This document shows, one piece after another, positions 43,031-52,375 of a DNA stretch of 64,000 nt. The DNA is taken from the NCBI GenBank assembly GCA_937894465.1, contig CALCRE010000293.1:9482-73481 (forward strand). The letters are read 5' to 3'. How positions within the stretch are numbered: position 1 is the first letter of the stretch; every line of letters begins with the position of its first letter. A program made the position numbers and the translations under genes. Source of the stretch: an uncultured Clostridia bacterium. Lineage in GTDB: Bacteria > Bacillota > Clostridia > JAAYHZ01. The notes under the pieces are model-generated. The model was not told the origin of the DNA. It made no database searches and saw nothing but the letters and a program-made list of their open reading frames with translations.

Positions 43031-43821
43031 TACAAGTCGTACAAGGTTCCTACCGCATACCGATCCGCTACTTCGACGGTTGCATCCCTACCAGGTAAAA
43101 TCCCTTCCTTTTTCATTTCGTTAACAGCTGTAATATAGGCTAATTCTTTAAAATTATTTTTTTCACTTAAGTGCCCCAACACCACACGGGTTACTCCGGT
43201 CTTTACCATATATGCAACTGTTTTAGCAGCTACTTCATTGCATAAATGACCTTTGTCCCCTAAAATCCGATTTTTCAGCTTCTGCGGATAGGATCCGATC
43301 TTCAGCATTTCAATATCATGATTGGACTCAAGGAATAATAAATCACTTTTTTCAAACCATTTTAACAAAGCTCTAGTCATTTTGCCGATATCCGTAGCCA
43401 CCACGGTCTTTTTATCTTCCGCCAAAAGGCAATAACCCACCGGATCATTTGCATCATGAGGTGTACGATATGGTTGTATGCATAAATCATCAATTTCAAA
43501 AGGTTTGTCCGCTTCAATACACACCATGTTTTTCTCGTCGATTTCACCGAGCACCGGCATGCATCCCTTCCAAGTTCCCTCGGTGGCATATATGGGAATA
43601 TCCAATGTCCTGGACAAGATTCCCGCTCCTCTGACGTGGTCGTTATGTTCGTGGGTCAGCAAAATACCTTTTAGCTGATCCGGCTTTTGATCGATTTGCT
43701 CCAATGCATTAAAAATCGCTTTTCTGCTTAAACCGGCATCAATCAGTATTTTTGTTTGCTCCGTTCCAAAAAAGAGGCAATTACCACTGCTTCCGCTAAA
43801 CAAACTACAAAATTTGACCAC
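43030..43821 (-). CDS. Metallo-beta-lactamase-fold hydrolase (YycJ/WalJ-like)
   Basis: SGSSGN, THEHNDH, HD, ESNHD, GHL, HLSEKNN; wal locus context. Confidence 0.88.
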   Translation of the reverse strand: MVKFCSLFSGSSGNCLFFGTEQTKILIDAGLSRKAIFNALEQIDQKPDQLKGILLTHEHNDHVRGAGILSRTLDIPIYATEGTWKGCMPVLGEIDEKNMVCIEADKPFEIDDLCIQPYRTPHDANDPVGYCLLAEDKKTVVATDIGKMTRALLKWFEKSDLLFLESNHDIEMLKIGSYPQKLKNRILGDKGHLCNEVAAKTVAYMVKTGVTRVVLGHLSEKNNFKELAYITAVNEMKKEGILPGRDATVEVADRYAVGTLYDL

Positions 43822-43842
43822 TTATTCTCCTTCTATCGCTTA

Positions 43843-45099
43843 TTACAACTCTCTGCTTATATTCGCACCGAGTTTGTTAAGCTTTACTTCTATCTCTTCG
43901 TAACCTCTGTCTATATACTCAATGTTTTGCACACGGGTTTGACCGGTGGCAAATAAACCTGCTATGATCATAGCGGCTCCTGCTCTTAAGTCCAAAGCCT
44001 TCACCGTTGCTCCGGATAGTTTACCCACGCCTTTAATGACTGCCACATTGCCGTCCACCTTAATTTTAGCTTTCATTTTTTTGAGCTGATCCGTATATTG
44101 AAGCCTGTTTTCAAAAATGGTTTCGGTAATCTTACATTCCCCATTGGATAAACACATTAAAGCACCCATTTGAGGCTGCAAATCCGTAGGAAAACCGGGA
44201 TAAGGTAATGTGATGACATCAGTTGGCATTAACTCCTTATTACGGACAACTCGAATCCAATCATCTTCTTGTGTAATGTTGACATTCATTTCTATAAGCT
44301 TGGCACATAAAGGATCCATATGTTCCGGGATAATATTTCTGATGTAAACATCACCACCGGTTGCCGCTGCAGCAATCATAAATGTCCCGGCTTCAATCTG
44401 ATCCGGTATTATGGAATATGTCTTCCCTCCGGTGAGCTCTTTTACACCTGTTATTCTGATTCTATTGGTTCCCGCCCCTTTTATATTGGCTCCCATCATA
44501 TTTAAAAAGTTAGCCACATCGACAATGTGAGGTTCTCTGGCAGCGTTCTCCAAGACAGTGACACCATCCGCCAATACAGCCGCCATCATTAAATTGATGG
44601 TTGCACCTACGGTAACCACATCCATATATATTTGAGTTCCTATCAGCTTGTCAGCTGAAAGGGTCATTTTTTCCGCTCCAAGATGCACTTTGGCTCCTAA
44701 TGCCTCAAAACCTTTGATATGCTGATCAATAGGTCTTGCTCCGATGTTACAACCCCCGGGCAACGGTATCTCCACACATTTTGTTTTGCAAATCAATGCA
44801 CCTAGCAAATAGTATGAAGAACGGATATTACGAAGCTCGCTAAAAACGGCTTGTCCGCTGTTGATTCCCGAACTGTTTATATAAAATGCTTTTTCATCTA
44901 CTTTTTCTACAACTGCACCGATCTTCTGTGCAACATTCAAAAAAATTCTAACATCAGCGATATTAGGAACATTTTCTATTCTACACGGGCCATGAACTAA
45001 CAACGCAGCCGATAAAATCCCTAATGCCGCGTTCTTTGCACCGCTAATTTCAACTTCTCCGACAAGCCTGTTGCCGCCGGTTATAACAAACTGATCCAA
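43843..45099 (-). CDS. murA: UDP-N-acetylglucosamine 1-carboxyvinyltransferase
   Basis: GAKNA, PGGCNIGARPIDQH, PGFPTDLQ, DLRAGA; TTG start after GAGGAG. Confidence 0.95.
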   Translation of the reverse strand: MDQFVITGGNRLVGEVEISGAKNAALGILSAALLVHGPCRIENVPNIADVRIFLNVAQKIGAVVEKVDEKAFYINSSGINSGQAVFSELRNIRSSYYLLGALICKTKCVEIPLPGGCNIGARPIDQHIKGFEALGAKVHLGAEKMTLSADKLIGTQIYMDVVTVGATINLMMAAVLADGVTVLENAAREPHIVDVANFLNMMGANIKGAGTNRIRITGVKELTGGKTYSIIPDQIEAGTFMIAAAATGGDVYIRNIIPEHMDPLCAKLIEMNVNITQEDDWIRVVRNKELMPTDVITLPYPGFPTDLQPQMGALMCLSNGECKITETIFENRLQYTDQLKKMKAKIKVDGNVAVIKGVGKLSGATVKALDLRAGAAMIIAGLFATGQTRVQNIEYIDRGYEEIEVKLNKLGANISREL

Positions 45100-45213
45100 A
45101 GTAATGCTCCTCAACTTTGATAATAATTCATTAAATATTATATCATCTTATTGATAAAAAACAAGTATTAACACTTTTAATATATCCTACCCCTAGGAAC
45201 GGAGAATCATGCG

Positions 45214-46059
45214 TCATTTCACTTCTTGTCCGTTCATTAAGCTGACATAGTAATCAAGACCGTCTTCGGTTTGTATCCTCCAGCATAAACCGGCTTGTTC
45301 CTCGGACACCTCAGAATCTGTAAACGTGCTCTTCTTAAACCCTTGATCAATCCGGATTATTTTTGAGTCAACAGATCCTGTGGTAAAGAACTTCAAAAGA
45401 ACTTGACGAGAGTTTAGCAGTCTGCTTTCAGAGCTTTCCACCCCGTTAATAAGATAATCACTTGTTTCCACATAAACAAAACCGGTCTCACTGACAATTG
45501 CCTTGATATAATTATCATACACGATATTCCCTTGGTAATTTTGCATGATTTGAATTTCGGCGACCGTTGCCTGTTCATTAACGGCGAAATCTGTGACTAT
45601 ATAATCATCCCAAACTACATCCAAGGATGCCAAATAGTCCGTACAATAATCCTCCACCGCCTTTTTTTGGTTCACCGATATAATCCTTTCGGTTTTTTCA
45701 CTTTGATCTACAAAATAGAAATGACTGAATTGTCGGTTTAAAAACACCACCTTTTTACCATTGCTTTCAAATTGAGTCTGAGTTCGGTCATCTACAGGAT
45801 CCATCTGTAATAAAGTTGATAACACTTTGTTTTTATCAAATCCCGTTTGTCCCAGATGTAAAAGCTTGGCTTGCCCTTTAATATCCGGTATATTTGTGTC
45901 AATCTCGATACCCCGGCTTACCAGGATAGAGATTGTATTCTCAATCATTGCTTTTTCATTGCTATCCTTTGTACCGGTTTTCTGCATAGTGACAAACAAA
46001 AAGATGTTTAATATAACCAAGGCAATAATTAAAATGTTTTTTACTTTAGTCCAACTCAT
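45214..46059 (-). CDS. YycI/WalI-like two-component regulatory protein
   Basis: MSWTKVKNILIIALVILNIFL N-terminal TM typical of YycI; downstream of walK. Confidence 0.7.
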   Translation of the reverse strand: MSWTKVKNILIIALVILNIFLFVTMQKTGTKDSNEKAMIENTISILVSRGIEIDTNIPDIKGQAKLLHLGQTGFDKNKVLSTLLQMDPVDDRTQTQFESNGKKVVFLNRQFSHFYFVDQSEKTERIISVNQKKAVEDYCTDYLASLDVVWDDYIVTDFAVNEQATVAEIQIMQNYQGNIVYDNYIKAIVSETGFVYVETSDYLINGVESSESRLLNSRQVLLKFFTTGSVDSKIIRIDQGFKKSTFTDSEVSEEQAGLCWRIQTEDGLDYYVSLMNGQEVK

Positions 46060-47486
46060 GGTACTGCACCTCCGGATGAACTAAATTGCAGTAACACCAG
46101 GGGAATCCCCGTCAATCCCTTTTCTAACTGTAACAGCACCCCTGCAGTAAGCGTTGATGAATTGGACTTCACATTCATAATATACCCATTATATAATTTC
46201 TCGATATAAAGATCCTCTAAATGAAAATCTTGCTCAGTAAGTAGCTTCACTGAATCATTTTCATAATATGCCGCAGTTTGTTTGTCAGTCAATATAGTTC
46301 TGATCATACCGGTCAGTTTCAATACGATATCTTGACTTGCTTGTACCGTAAATGCATGTTGCAAGTCAGAATAGGTGGAATTATCATAGATATATACCGG
46401 CATATCGCCTTCCACTAAATAATCAAAATTGAACACATAGTACTTTGGATTAGAGTAATCAATATCGGTCAATACCAATGTGGCAGATGTTTTCTCGTCC
46501 ATCAATCCCAAAACCTTTTCCATCATGGAAAGAGCTTTGTTGTATGCCATATCTACATCGCCTTTACCGGTTGATGTTTGCTTTCCGAAATAATCATAGG
46601 TTATCCTTCCGTCACATGATACGGAGTATTGATTTTCCATGTTTGAGAAGAAAACCTTCTGATCAGAACTTAAAGACGAGGTAAATCGATCTTGCATGAC
46701 ACCGAAAAGCCTACCTTTTAGTTCCTTCAGGTCATAAGTATCCTTTGATGTAGAAATGTCAGCGATCAGTGAAGGTGTAATATTAATGGCAAGCTGATAT
46801 TTATGAGGAGATCCCATATACAACTTAACATCATTATTCCCCCTCAGTTGATAAGCAGCAGGATGGGAACCTAACAATTTATAGGAATTCTTATCATAAA
46901 AGTTGGTGTATTTAATAAAGTTGAAGATACTGTCGTAATCAATACTGTTCAACAAATTATCATTGGTCGCATCATATTCCAACTCATAATAACTGTTACC
47001 GTCATAAATATAAAAATCTATGTCAGGGCTGGTAGGGTGAATCACCAGTTGATATATTTTATTAATTCCTACATCCCCTTGTGATTTGCCGGAGTATGCA
47101 CTTACAAATGAAAGCGGTACCGTACAATAATATTGAAACATGATGTATTTTTCACTAAGCAAATCAACCCAGCTTTCCTTAGAAACATATTGCAACGGCG
47201 ATGTGGACAACTGTTTTAAGATTTCGTTTGCAACCAATTGGAGTTGATAATATTCATCGGTTCTACGGGGCAGATCCCAATAATTGCTTTCTCCATCGGA
47301 TATTCGAATGCTTTCCATAGAAACATAATCATAAGAAAAAATATCTTTGCTTGCCGGCGGAGTATTACTATCGAAAAGCTTGGATAAGTCAGAATAATTG
47401 TCACTGATAATAATGGCGAATTGTAAAAAAGCCAACATAACCAAAAGAATAATACTGATGGTTTTTATGTTGTTTACAAATTTCAT
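46056..47486 (-). CDS. YycH/WalH-like membrane-anchored protein
   Basis: N-terminal IKT..IILLV TM anchor plus large external domain; between walK and yycI. Confidence 0.6.
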   Translation of the reverse strand: MKFVNNIKTISIILLVMLAFLQFAIIISDNYSDLSKLFDSNTPPASKDIFSYDYVSMESIRISDGESNYWDLPRRTDEYYQLQLVANEILKQLSTSPLQYVSKESWVDLLSEKYIMFQYYCTVPLSFVSAYSGKSQGDVGINKIYQLVIHPTSPDIDFYIYDGNSYYELEYDATNDNLLNSIDYDSIFNFIKYTNFYDKNSYKLLGSHPAAYQLRGNNDVKLYMGSPHKYQLAINITPSLIADISTSKDTYDLKELKGRLFGVMQDRFTSSLSSDQKVFFSNMENQYSVSCDGRITYDYFGKQTSTGKGDVDMAYNKALSMMEKVLGLMDEKTSATLVLTDIDYSNPKYYVFNFDYLVEGDMPVYIYDNSTYSDLQHAFTVQASQDIVLKLTGMIRTILTDKQTAAYYENDSVKLLTEQDFHLEDLYIEKLYNGYIMNVKSNSSTLTAGVLLQLEKGLTGIPLVLLQFSSSGGAVP

Positions 47487-49288
47487 TCCACTTCACCGTC
47501 TCTTCTTTTAATCGGTAATGTAATCCTCACTTCCGTTCCCTTGTTTAAAACCGAAGCAATTTCAATTTTGCCACTATGGGCATCAATGATTTCCTTGGCG
47601 ATAGATAAACCTAAGCCGGTTCCGCCCATATCACGGGAACGTGCTTTGTCCACACGATGGAAACGTTCAAAAATCAAGGGAAGATCATTTTTAGGAATAC
47701 CAATGCCGTTATCGGTAACCTTCACAAGAATATTATCTTCCAACGCTTTGGAGTATATCAGGATCTTTCCATCTTGCGGTGTATACTTAATGGCATTATT
47801 CACAATGTTCACAAGTACTTGTTCTAATCGATACACATCCCCTTCAATAAAGGGAAGATCGTCGGAGATATTCAGTTCAATGGTTTGGTTCTTTTTATCT
47901 GCTTCGGATTTAAGCTGTTCCATACAATCATCGATCAGCTTTAACATGTTCACCTTTGATATCTCTAATGTCAGCTTCTTATTATCGAACCTTGATAATA
48001 ATAACAAATCTTTGACCATGCGAGTCATACGGTCTGCTTCCCCGTCAATCACTTGTAGATATCTTTGTGTCAAACCCGGATCATCCACACCGGACAACAA
48101 CGTCTCTGCATACATTTTAATCGATGACAAAGGCGTTTTGAGTTCATGAGACACATTAGCGACAAATTCCTTTCGCATTTCATCCAACATGGTTTGCTTT
48201 GTCAAATCTACAAGAACCACTATGATGCCCTCCGGAACCTTGTATTCATTTTTAAATACAACACAATATAAGCGATAGGTTCTCTCGTCAATATGGATAT
48301 TCTCTTCGTAATTGATTTCATTTTCCTGAATAATGTCTTCTGCTTTTAAATCTATATTCAAAAACCGAATCAAGGAGTTTATATTCGAGCAATTCTTTTC
48401 ATCACATACAATCTTTTTTGCAGCAGGATTCACATGCAAAATATTTCCTTCCATATCATATGCAATAACACCTTCTGACATGAAATTCAAGATGGTTTCC
48501 ACTTTGTTCTTTTCACTGGCAATGTCGTCCAGCTTTTCTTTTAAAGATGCGGACATATCATTAAACACATGGGTTAATCGCCCGATTTCATCGTTGGAGG
48601 TCACCGGGAGCTGTCTTCCGAAATTACCATATGCAATGCTTTCGGCTTTTCTCATGATGCTGTTGATGGGGCGAGTAATGTATTTAGCCAGCAAAAACCC
48701 CAAGACCATAGATATAGCCAAGGAAATCACCAATGTGGACAATAATATACCGGTCAACTCATTGATCATGAGCTTCCATTCATCTTTGTAATATCGGAAA
48801 TAATATACGGTTCCTTTACTGTTTACGGCATAATCATAATATTCCCTGCCAATGATCGAACGAGTGGCCTTTTCGTCCCCCTTCTTTCCTGCCATGGCAG
48901 CTAAAAAATTACCGGACAAAAACAAGTCATGAATAAATTCCGTTTCTCCGCCTTCCAAATAATGAATATCATTTGAGCGGATTTGGTTGGTTTGTACATC
49001 CACAATGGTGAAGCTTTTATTCTCACTGTATAATCTTAATGCATGAATATAGGTATCGGTAAATCGATCATACAATTCCTCCAAAGAAATGGAGTCACTT
49101 AAATTAACAATATGCACAGAAAAACCTTCCTCAAGGTCCTGCACAAATTGTGTATAATAGAAATCATCAATCTTATCATCGAGGATAACACCAACCGTTA
49201 AAATAATACAAATGGCGATAATGAATATAAATATTACCAATCGCCATTGTATGCTGTGAAATGACATATAGTTTCTCCAAAATTTCAA
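47483..49288 (-). CDS. walK: WalK-like sensor histidine kinase (HAMP-PAS-HisKA-HATPase)
   Basis: FVANVSHELKTPL, NAIKYT, DNGIG, VDKARSRDMGGTGLGL. Confidence 0.85.
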   Translation of the reverse strand: MKFWRNYMSFHSIQWRLVIFIFIIAICIILTVGVILDDKIDDFYYTQFVQDLEEGFSVHIVNLSDSISLEELYDRFTDTYIHALRLYSENKSFTIVDVQTNQIRSNDIHYLEGGETEFIHDLFLSGNFLAAMAGKKGDEKATRSIIGREYYDYAVNSKGTVYYFRYYKDEWKLMINELTGILLSTLVISLAISMVLGFLLAKYITRPINSIMRKAESIAYGNFGRQLPVTSNDEIGRLTHVFNDMSASLKEKLDDIASEKNKVETILNFMSEGVIAYDMEGNILHVNPAAKKIVCDEKNCSNINSLIRFLNIDLKAEDIIQENEINYEENIHIDERTYRLYCVVFKNEYKVPEGIIVVLVDLTKQTMLDEMRKEFVANVSHELKTPLSSIKMYAETLLSGVDDPGLTQRYLQVIDGEADRMTRMVKDLLLLSRFDNKKLTLEISKVNMLKLIDDCMEQLKSEADKKNQTIELNISDDLPFIEGDVYRLEQVLVNIVNNAIKYTPQDGKILIYSKALEDNILVKVTDNGIGIPKNDLPLIFERFHRVDKARSRDMGGTGLGLSIAKEIIDAHSGKIEIASVLNKGTEVRITLPIKRRDGEVE

Positions 49289-49995
49289 TCGGTTACATAC
49301 TTAATATAATAACCGATTCCTCTCTTCGTGTGTATGTATTTTCCGGAGTCTTGGGTTTCATCTTCAATTTTTTCACGAATTCGAGCCACCGTTACATCGA
49401 CGGTTCTCTTGTCCCCGGGAAATTCGTAACCCCAGACTTCTTTTAACAACTGTTCCCTGGTGAAAATTTGCCCTAATCTTTCAGCTAAAAATTTAACCAG
49501 CTCATATTCACGAATGGTAAGATGTAAATCCTCACCACTTCTACGAACTTCAAATCTTTTGGTATCGATTTGAAGTTTCCCAACGTTGATAATATGCGAA
49601 CCGGAGCTATTATCGTTTTCTTTTTCTTGGATCTCGGTTCTCCGAAGGTTGGATTTTATTCTTGATAACAAAACCCTAATGGACGGCGGCTTGGTGATAT
49701 AATCATCCGCTCCTAGCTCTAGTCCTAACACTTGGTCGATCTCTTCTTCCCTGGCAGTCAGCATAATAATCGGTGTGTTGTATTTTTCTCTTATCTTTCG
49801 ACACACAGAAAATCCGTCCATTTTAGGTAACATGACATCCAACAAAATCAAATCCGGTTCATATTGATTATTCAAACGAACAGCTTCCTCACCGTCATAT
49901 GCTTCTTTCGTTTCATATCCCTCTTTTTGCAAGTTAAATTTTAATATATCGACAATGTTTGGCTCGTCGTCTACAATCAATATTTTCTTTCCCAT
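49285..49995 (-). CDS. walR: WalR/YycF-like OmpR-family response regulator
   Basis: VDDE, LLDVMLP, LTIREYEL, VWGYE...RTVDVTVARIREKIE, RGIGY. Confidence 0.85.
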   Translation of the reverse strand: MGKKILIVDDEPNIVDILKFNLQKEGYETKEAYDGEEAVRLNNQYEPDLILLDVMLPKMDGFSVCRKIREKYNTPIIMLTAREEEIDQVLGLELGADDYITKPPSIRVLLSRIKSNLRRTEIQEKENDNSSGSHIINVGKLQIDTKRFEVRRSGEDLHLTIREYELVKFLAERLGQIFTREQLLKEVWGYEFPGDKRTVDVTVARIREKIEDETQDSGKYIHTKRGIGYYIKYVTD

Positions 49996-50019
49996 TTAAA
50001 TCTCCTCTTCACTAATTTC

Positions 50020-51099
50020 TTATTTACCAATCAAAAAGTCGAAATCGGCTTTTGCGATCATATAATTGTACTCATTCGTTAAAAATGAATACCGTGCAGC
50101 ACGATAATTATTTACTGCCGCAATATAACTGTCCCAATTAACGATTTCCTTTTGGTATTTGACATTTGCTTCGTCCATAGCATTTTTCTTTATATCAAGA
50201 TTCATTTTCGCCAACTCAATCTTATTATACTTTGTTTTCAGGTTATTATAAGCAACCCTTATATTATACTCTAAGTTCACCAAAGCCACTTCTTTACTGT
50301 TAATGGCATTCTTGTAGTTGTATTCGTTTTGCCAATAAACAGCCATGTCATCTTCATAGAACTTTTTTGTCAGGTTAATCACTTCTTCTTGTATCTTGAC
50401 ATCCATTGTTTTACTATACATATTGCTGTCCGATGTTATGGTTTCTTCTATTACTTTTTGCAGATCTATTGTATCCGGAGCATCATATGTAAATTCAATA
50501 TTTTCAATAACCAAATCCTCCTCCGAAAGAGGAATATTCAGCAATATCTTAAAATCCATATTTTTCTTATCCAAACCGTATTTTAAATCGGCGATGGTAT
50601 CTTTTCTACTTTCCACGGTATATTCATAACCCATATAAGCTTCATATGACATCTGATTTGCTTTATAGCTTGTATATGCTCTTTGTTGCTTTTTTTGATC
50701 GACTTCCAATAACTTCTCTTGGTAAGCGATATTTTCATATGTAACAATCAATCCTAATGATTGCTTATATACATTAAGCTTTAATAACCTGTTTGCATCT
50801 TCCTTTTGCATCTTGGCATATTCATATACCTTCTCGGTTACGATAGGCGAAACATATCTGTTATAACTACTACCATATGAAGTAATCGAAGTATAAGGTG
50901 CTTTTCTCACCGCTTCATCATAGTTAATTTTGTACTCTTCAATTTTTATATCTGTTAATTCATTTTGTTTTTGGTTATTCCCCATGGCCATATCAATTGC
51001 CGTATTGATGCTTATTTTATTCCCTGACCCGGCCGCCATAGCTGTTGATATCCAGCACACCAGTATAACCATTACCAATATTTTCGCTGATTTTTTCAT
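50020..51099 (-). CDS. Secreted alpha-helical TolC/outer-membrane-efflux-like protein
   Basis: Signal peptide (AMA), ISINTAIDMAMGNN opening and duplicated heptad-rich halves typical of Firmicute TolC-family annotations. Confidence 0.5.
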   Translation of the reverse strand: MKKSAKILVMVILVCWISTAMAAGSGNKISINTAIDMAMGNNQKQNELTDIKIEEYKINYDEAVRKAPYTSITSYGSSYNRYVSPIVTEKVYEYAKMQKEDANRLLKLNVYKQSLGLIVTYENIAYQEKLLEVDQKKQQRAYTSYKANQMSYEAYMGYEYTVESRKDTIADLKYGLDKKNMDFKILLNIPLSEEDLVIENIEFTYDAPDTIDLQKVIEETITSDSNMYSKTMDVKIQEEVINLTKKFYEDDMAVYWQNEYNYKNAINSKEVALVNLEYNIRVAYNNLKTKYNKIELAKMNLDIKKNAMDEANVKYQKEIVNWDSYIAAVNNYRAARYSFLTNEYNYMIAKADFDFLIGK

Positions 51100-51116
51100 A
51101 TGAACGACATCCTTTC

Positions 51117-52247
51117 TCATATTTCCATTTCCAATAAATATGACATATATGATGTATTAAAATTATATATTTGTTGTTTCAAATTGTTCTCGGCTTTTTC
51201 AATATTAAGTCTGCTTTGTTCAACTGCTACATAGCCTATATCTTTGTCCAAATATTGACTGTACGTCTTGTTATATGACTTTTTAAGTTCTGCAATGTTC
51301 TCTTTTGTGTCATCAATAGAGTCAAAGGAGTCGATCATTGCTTGAGCTCTTTCGTTGTAATATCTTCTTTGGGTAATCTTCATTTGAATTAAGTCGTCAT
51401 TTAAATCGCTAATCCTCTCTTCAATCGTTTCTAATTCTTCAAGGATATGTTCTTTTGAGTTGGGATAAATACTAAATAATGATTCCAATGATTCTTTTCG
51501 ATATTGTTCTTTTTCAATTTCATATTCCTTGGCTTTGATTAAAGATTCATATTTTTGATCAGCTAGCGGTTTGATATTGTTAGTGTTTTTAATCATCAGT
51601 GTTTCATCAATATCAATTTCCTTGTAAACAGTCAATAAATCCATACCGATGGTTCGGTTGAAGCTCATCAAACTGTTTTCAAAAGCAATTTTCGCATCTT
51701 CCAAATCAACCTGAGCAGATAAATAATTGTACATTGCACTTTTAAGACTGCTTAATGTTCCGATACCATTACTGTAATAATACTCAGCGTTATCAAATGC
51801 AGTTTTTGCAAACCGCAAGCTTCTTTCGCTGAAGGACACATTCTTTTCGCTTGCATATACACTTCTCAGAGAATTTCTAAGCCCTATCACTTGTTGATCT
51901 AAATTCTTCTGAACGGAATTTTTTAAATCTTCTATCCGTTTTTCCTGCTCGGCGATCCCGTATTTCATGGTTACCATATTATTGGCTCGCATTGCCGGTG
52001 TCGAAGCTCCCCTGATCGGATCCGTTCTCTCCTTTAATTCTTCTAAAGTCTCTTCAAGGTTTGGCAAACTCATCTCGACGCTCATATACATAAGATTTAT
52101 TTCTTCTCTTTTTGAATACTGATCCATCGCCCATTTATAGTCGATTTTATCAGGCACTTCATCAAGAACAGGTTGAGTATCTTCTGCATATGTAGTAAAT
52201 CCAAACGACAATAAAAGGACCAATATTAGAATGATTGCCTTTTTCAA
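51117..52247 (-). CDS. Secreted alpha-helical TolC-like / coiled-coil protein
   Basis: Signal peptide (TYA); AEYYYSNG...AMYNYLSAQ...FNRTIG repeat pattern; TTG start with AGGAGG. Confidence 0.5.
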   Translation of the reverse strand: MKKAIILILVLLLSFGFTTYAEDTQPVLDEVPDKIDYKWAMDQYSKREEINLMYMSVEMSLPNLEETLEELKERTDPIRGASTPAMRANNMVTMKYGIAEQEKRIEDLKNSVQKNLDQQVIGLRNSLRSVYASEKNVSFSERSLRFAKTAFDNAEYYYSNGIGTLSSLKSAMYNYLSAQVDLEDAKIAFENSLMSFNRTIGMDLLTVYKEIDIDETLMIKNTNNIKPLADQKYESLIKAKEYEIEKEQYRKESLESLFSIYPNSKEHILEELETIEERISDLNDDLIQMKITQRRYYNERAQAMIDSFDSIDDTKENIAELKKSYNKTYSQYLDKDIGYVAVEQSRLNIEKAENNLKQQIYNFNTSYMSYLLEMEI

Positions 52248-52277
52248 CGTAACACCTCCTACTCCTCATGTAAGCAT

Positions 52278-52306
52278 ATTATATCATAAACCCAACTACG
52301 AGGCAA
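52278..52306 (-). promoter_or_regulatory. Putative sigma-A promoter of the TolC-like/walRK operon
   Basis: TTGCCT-17 nt-TATAAT with a TG extension. Confidence 0.65.
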
Positions 52307-52331
52307 TTACCAAGTTATAACACAAATATAA

Positions 52332-52360
52332 ATAACCGCCTAGGTTTACTAAGCGGTTAT
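52332..52360 (-). terminator. Terminator after the second S-layer gene
   Basis: ATAACCGC...GCGGTTAT inverted repeat followed by a T-rich run on the minus strand. Confidence 0.7.
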
Positions 52361-52375
52361 ACATTTCAAATTCTC

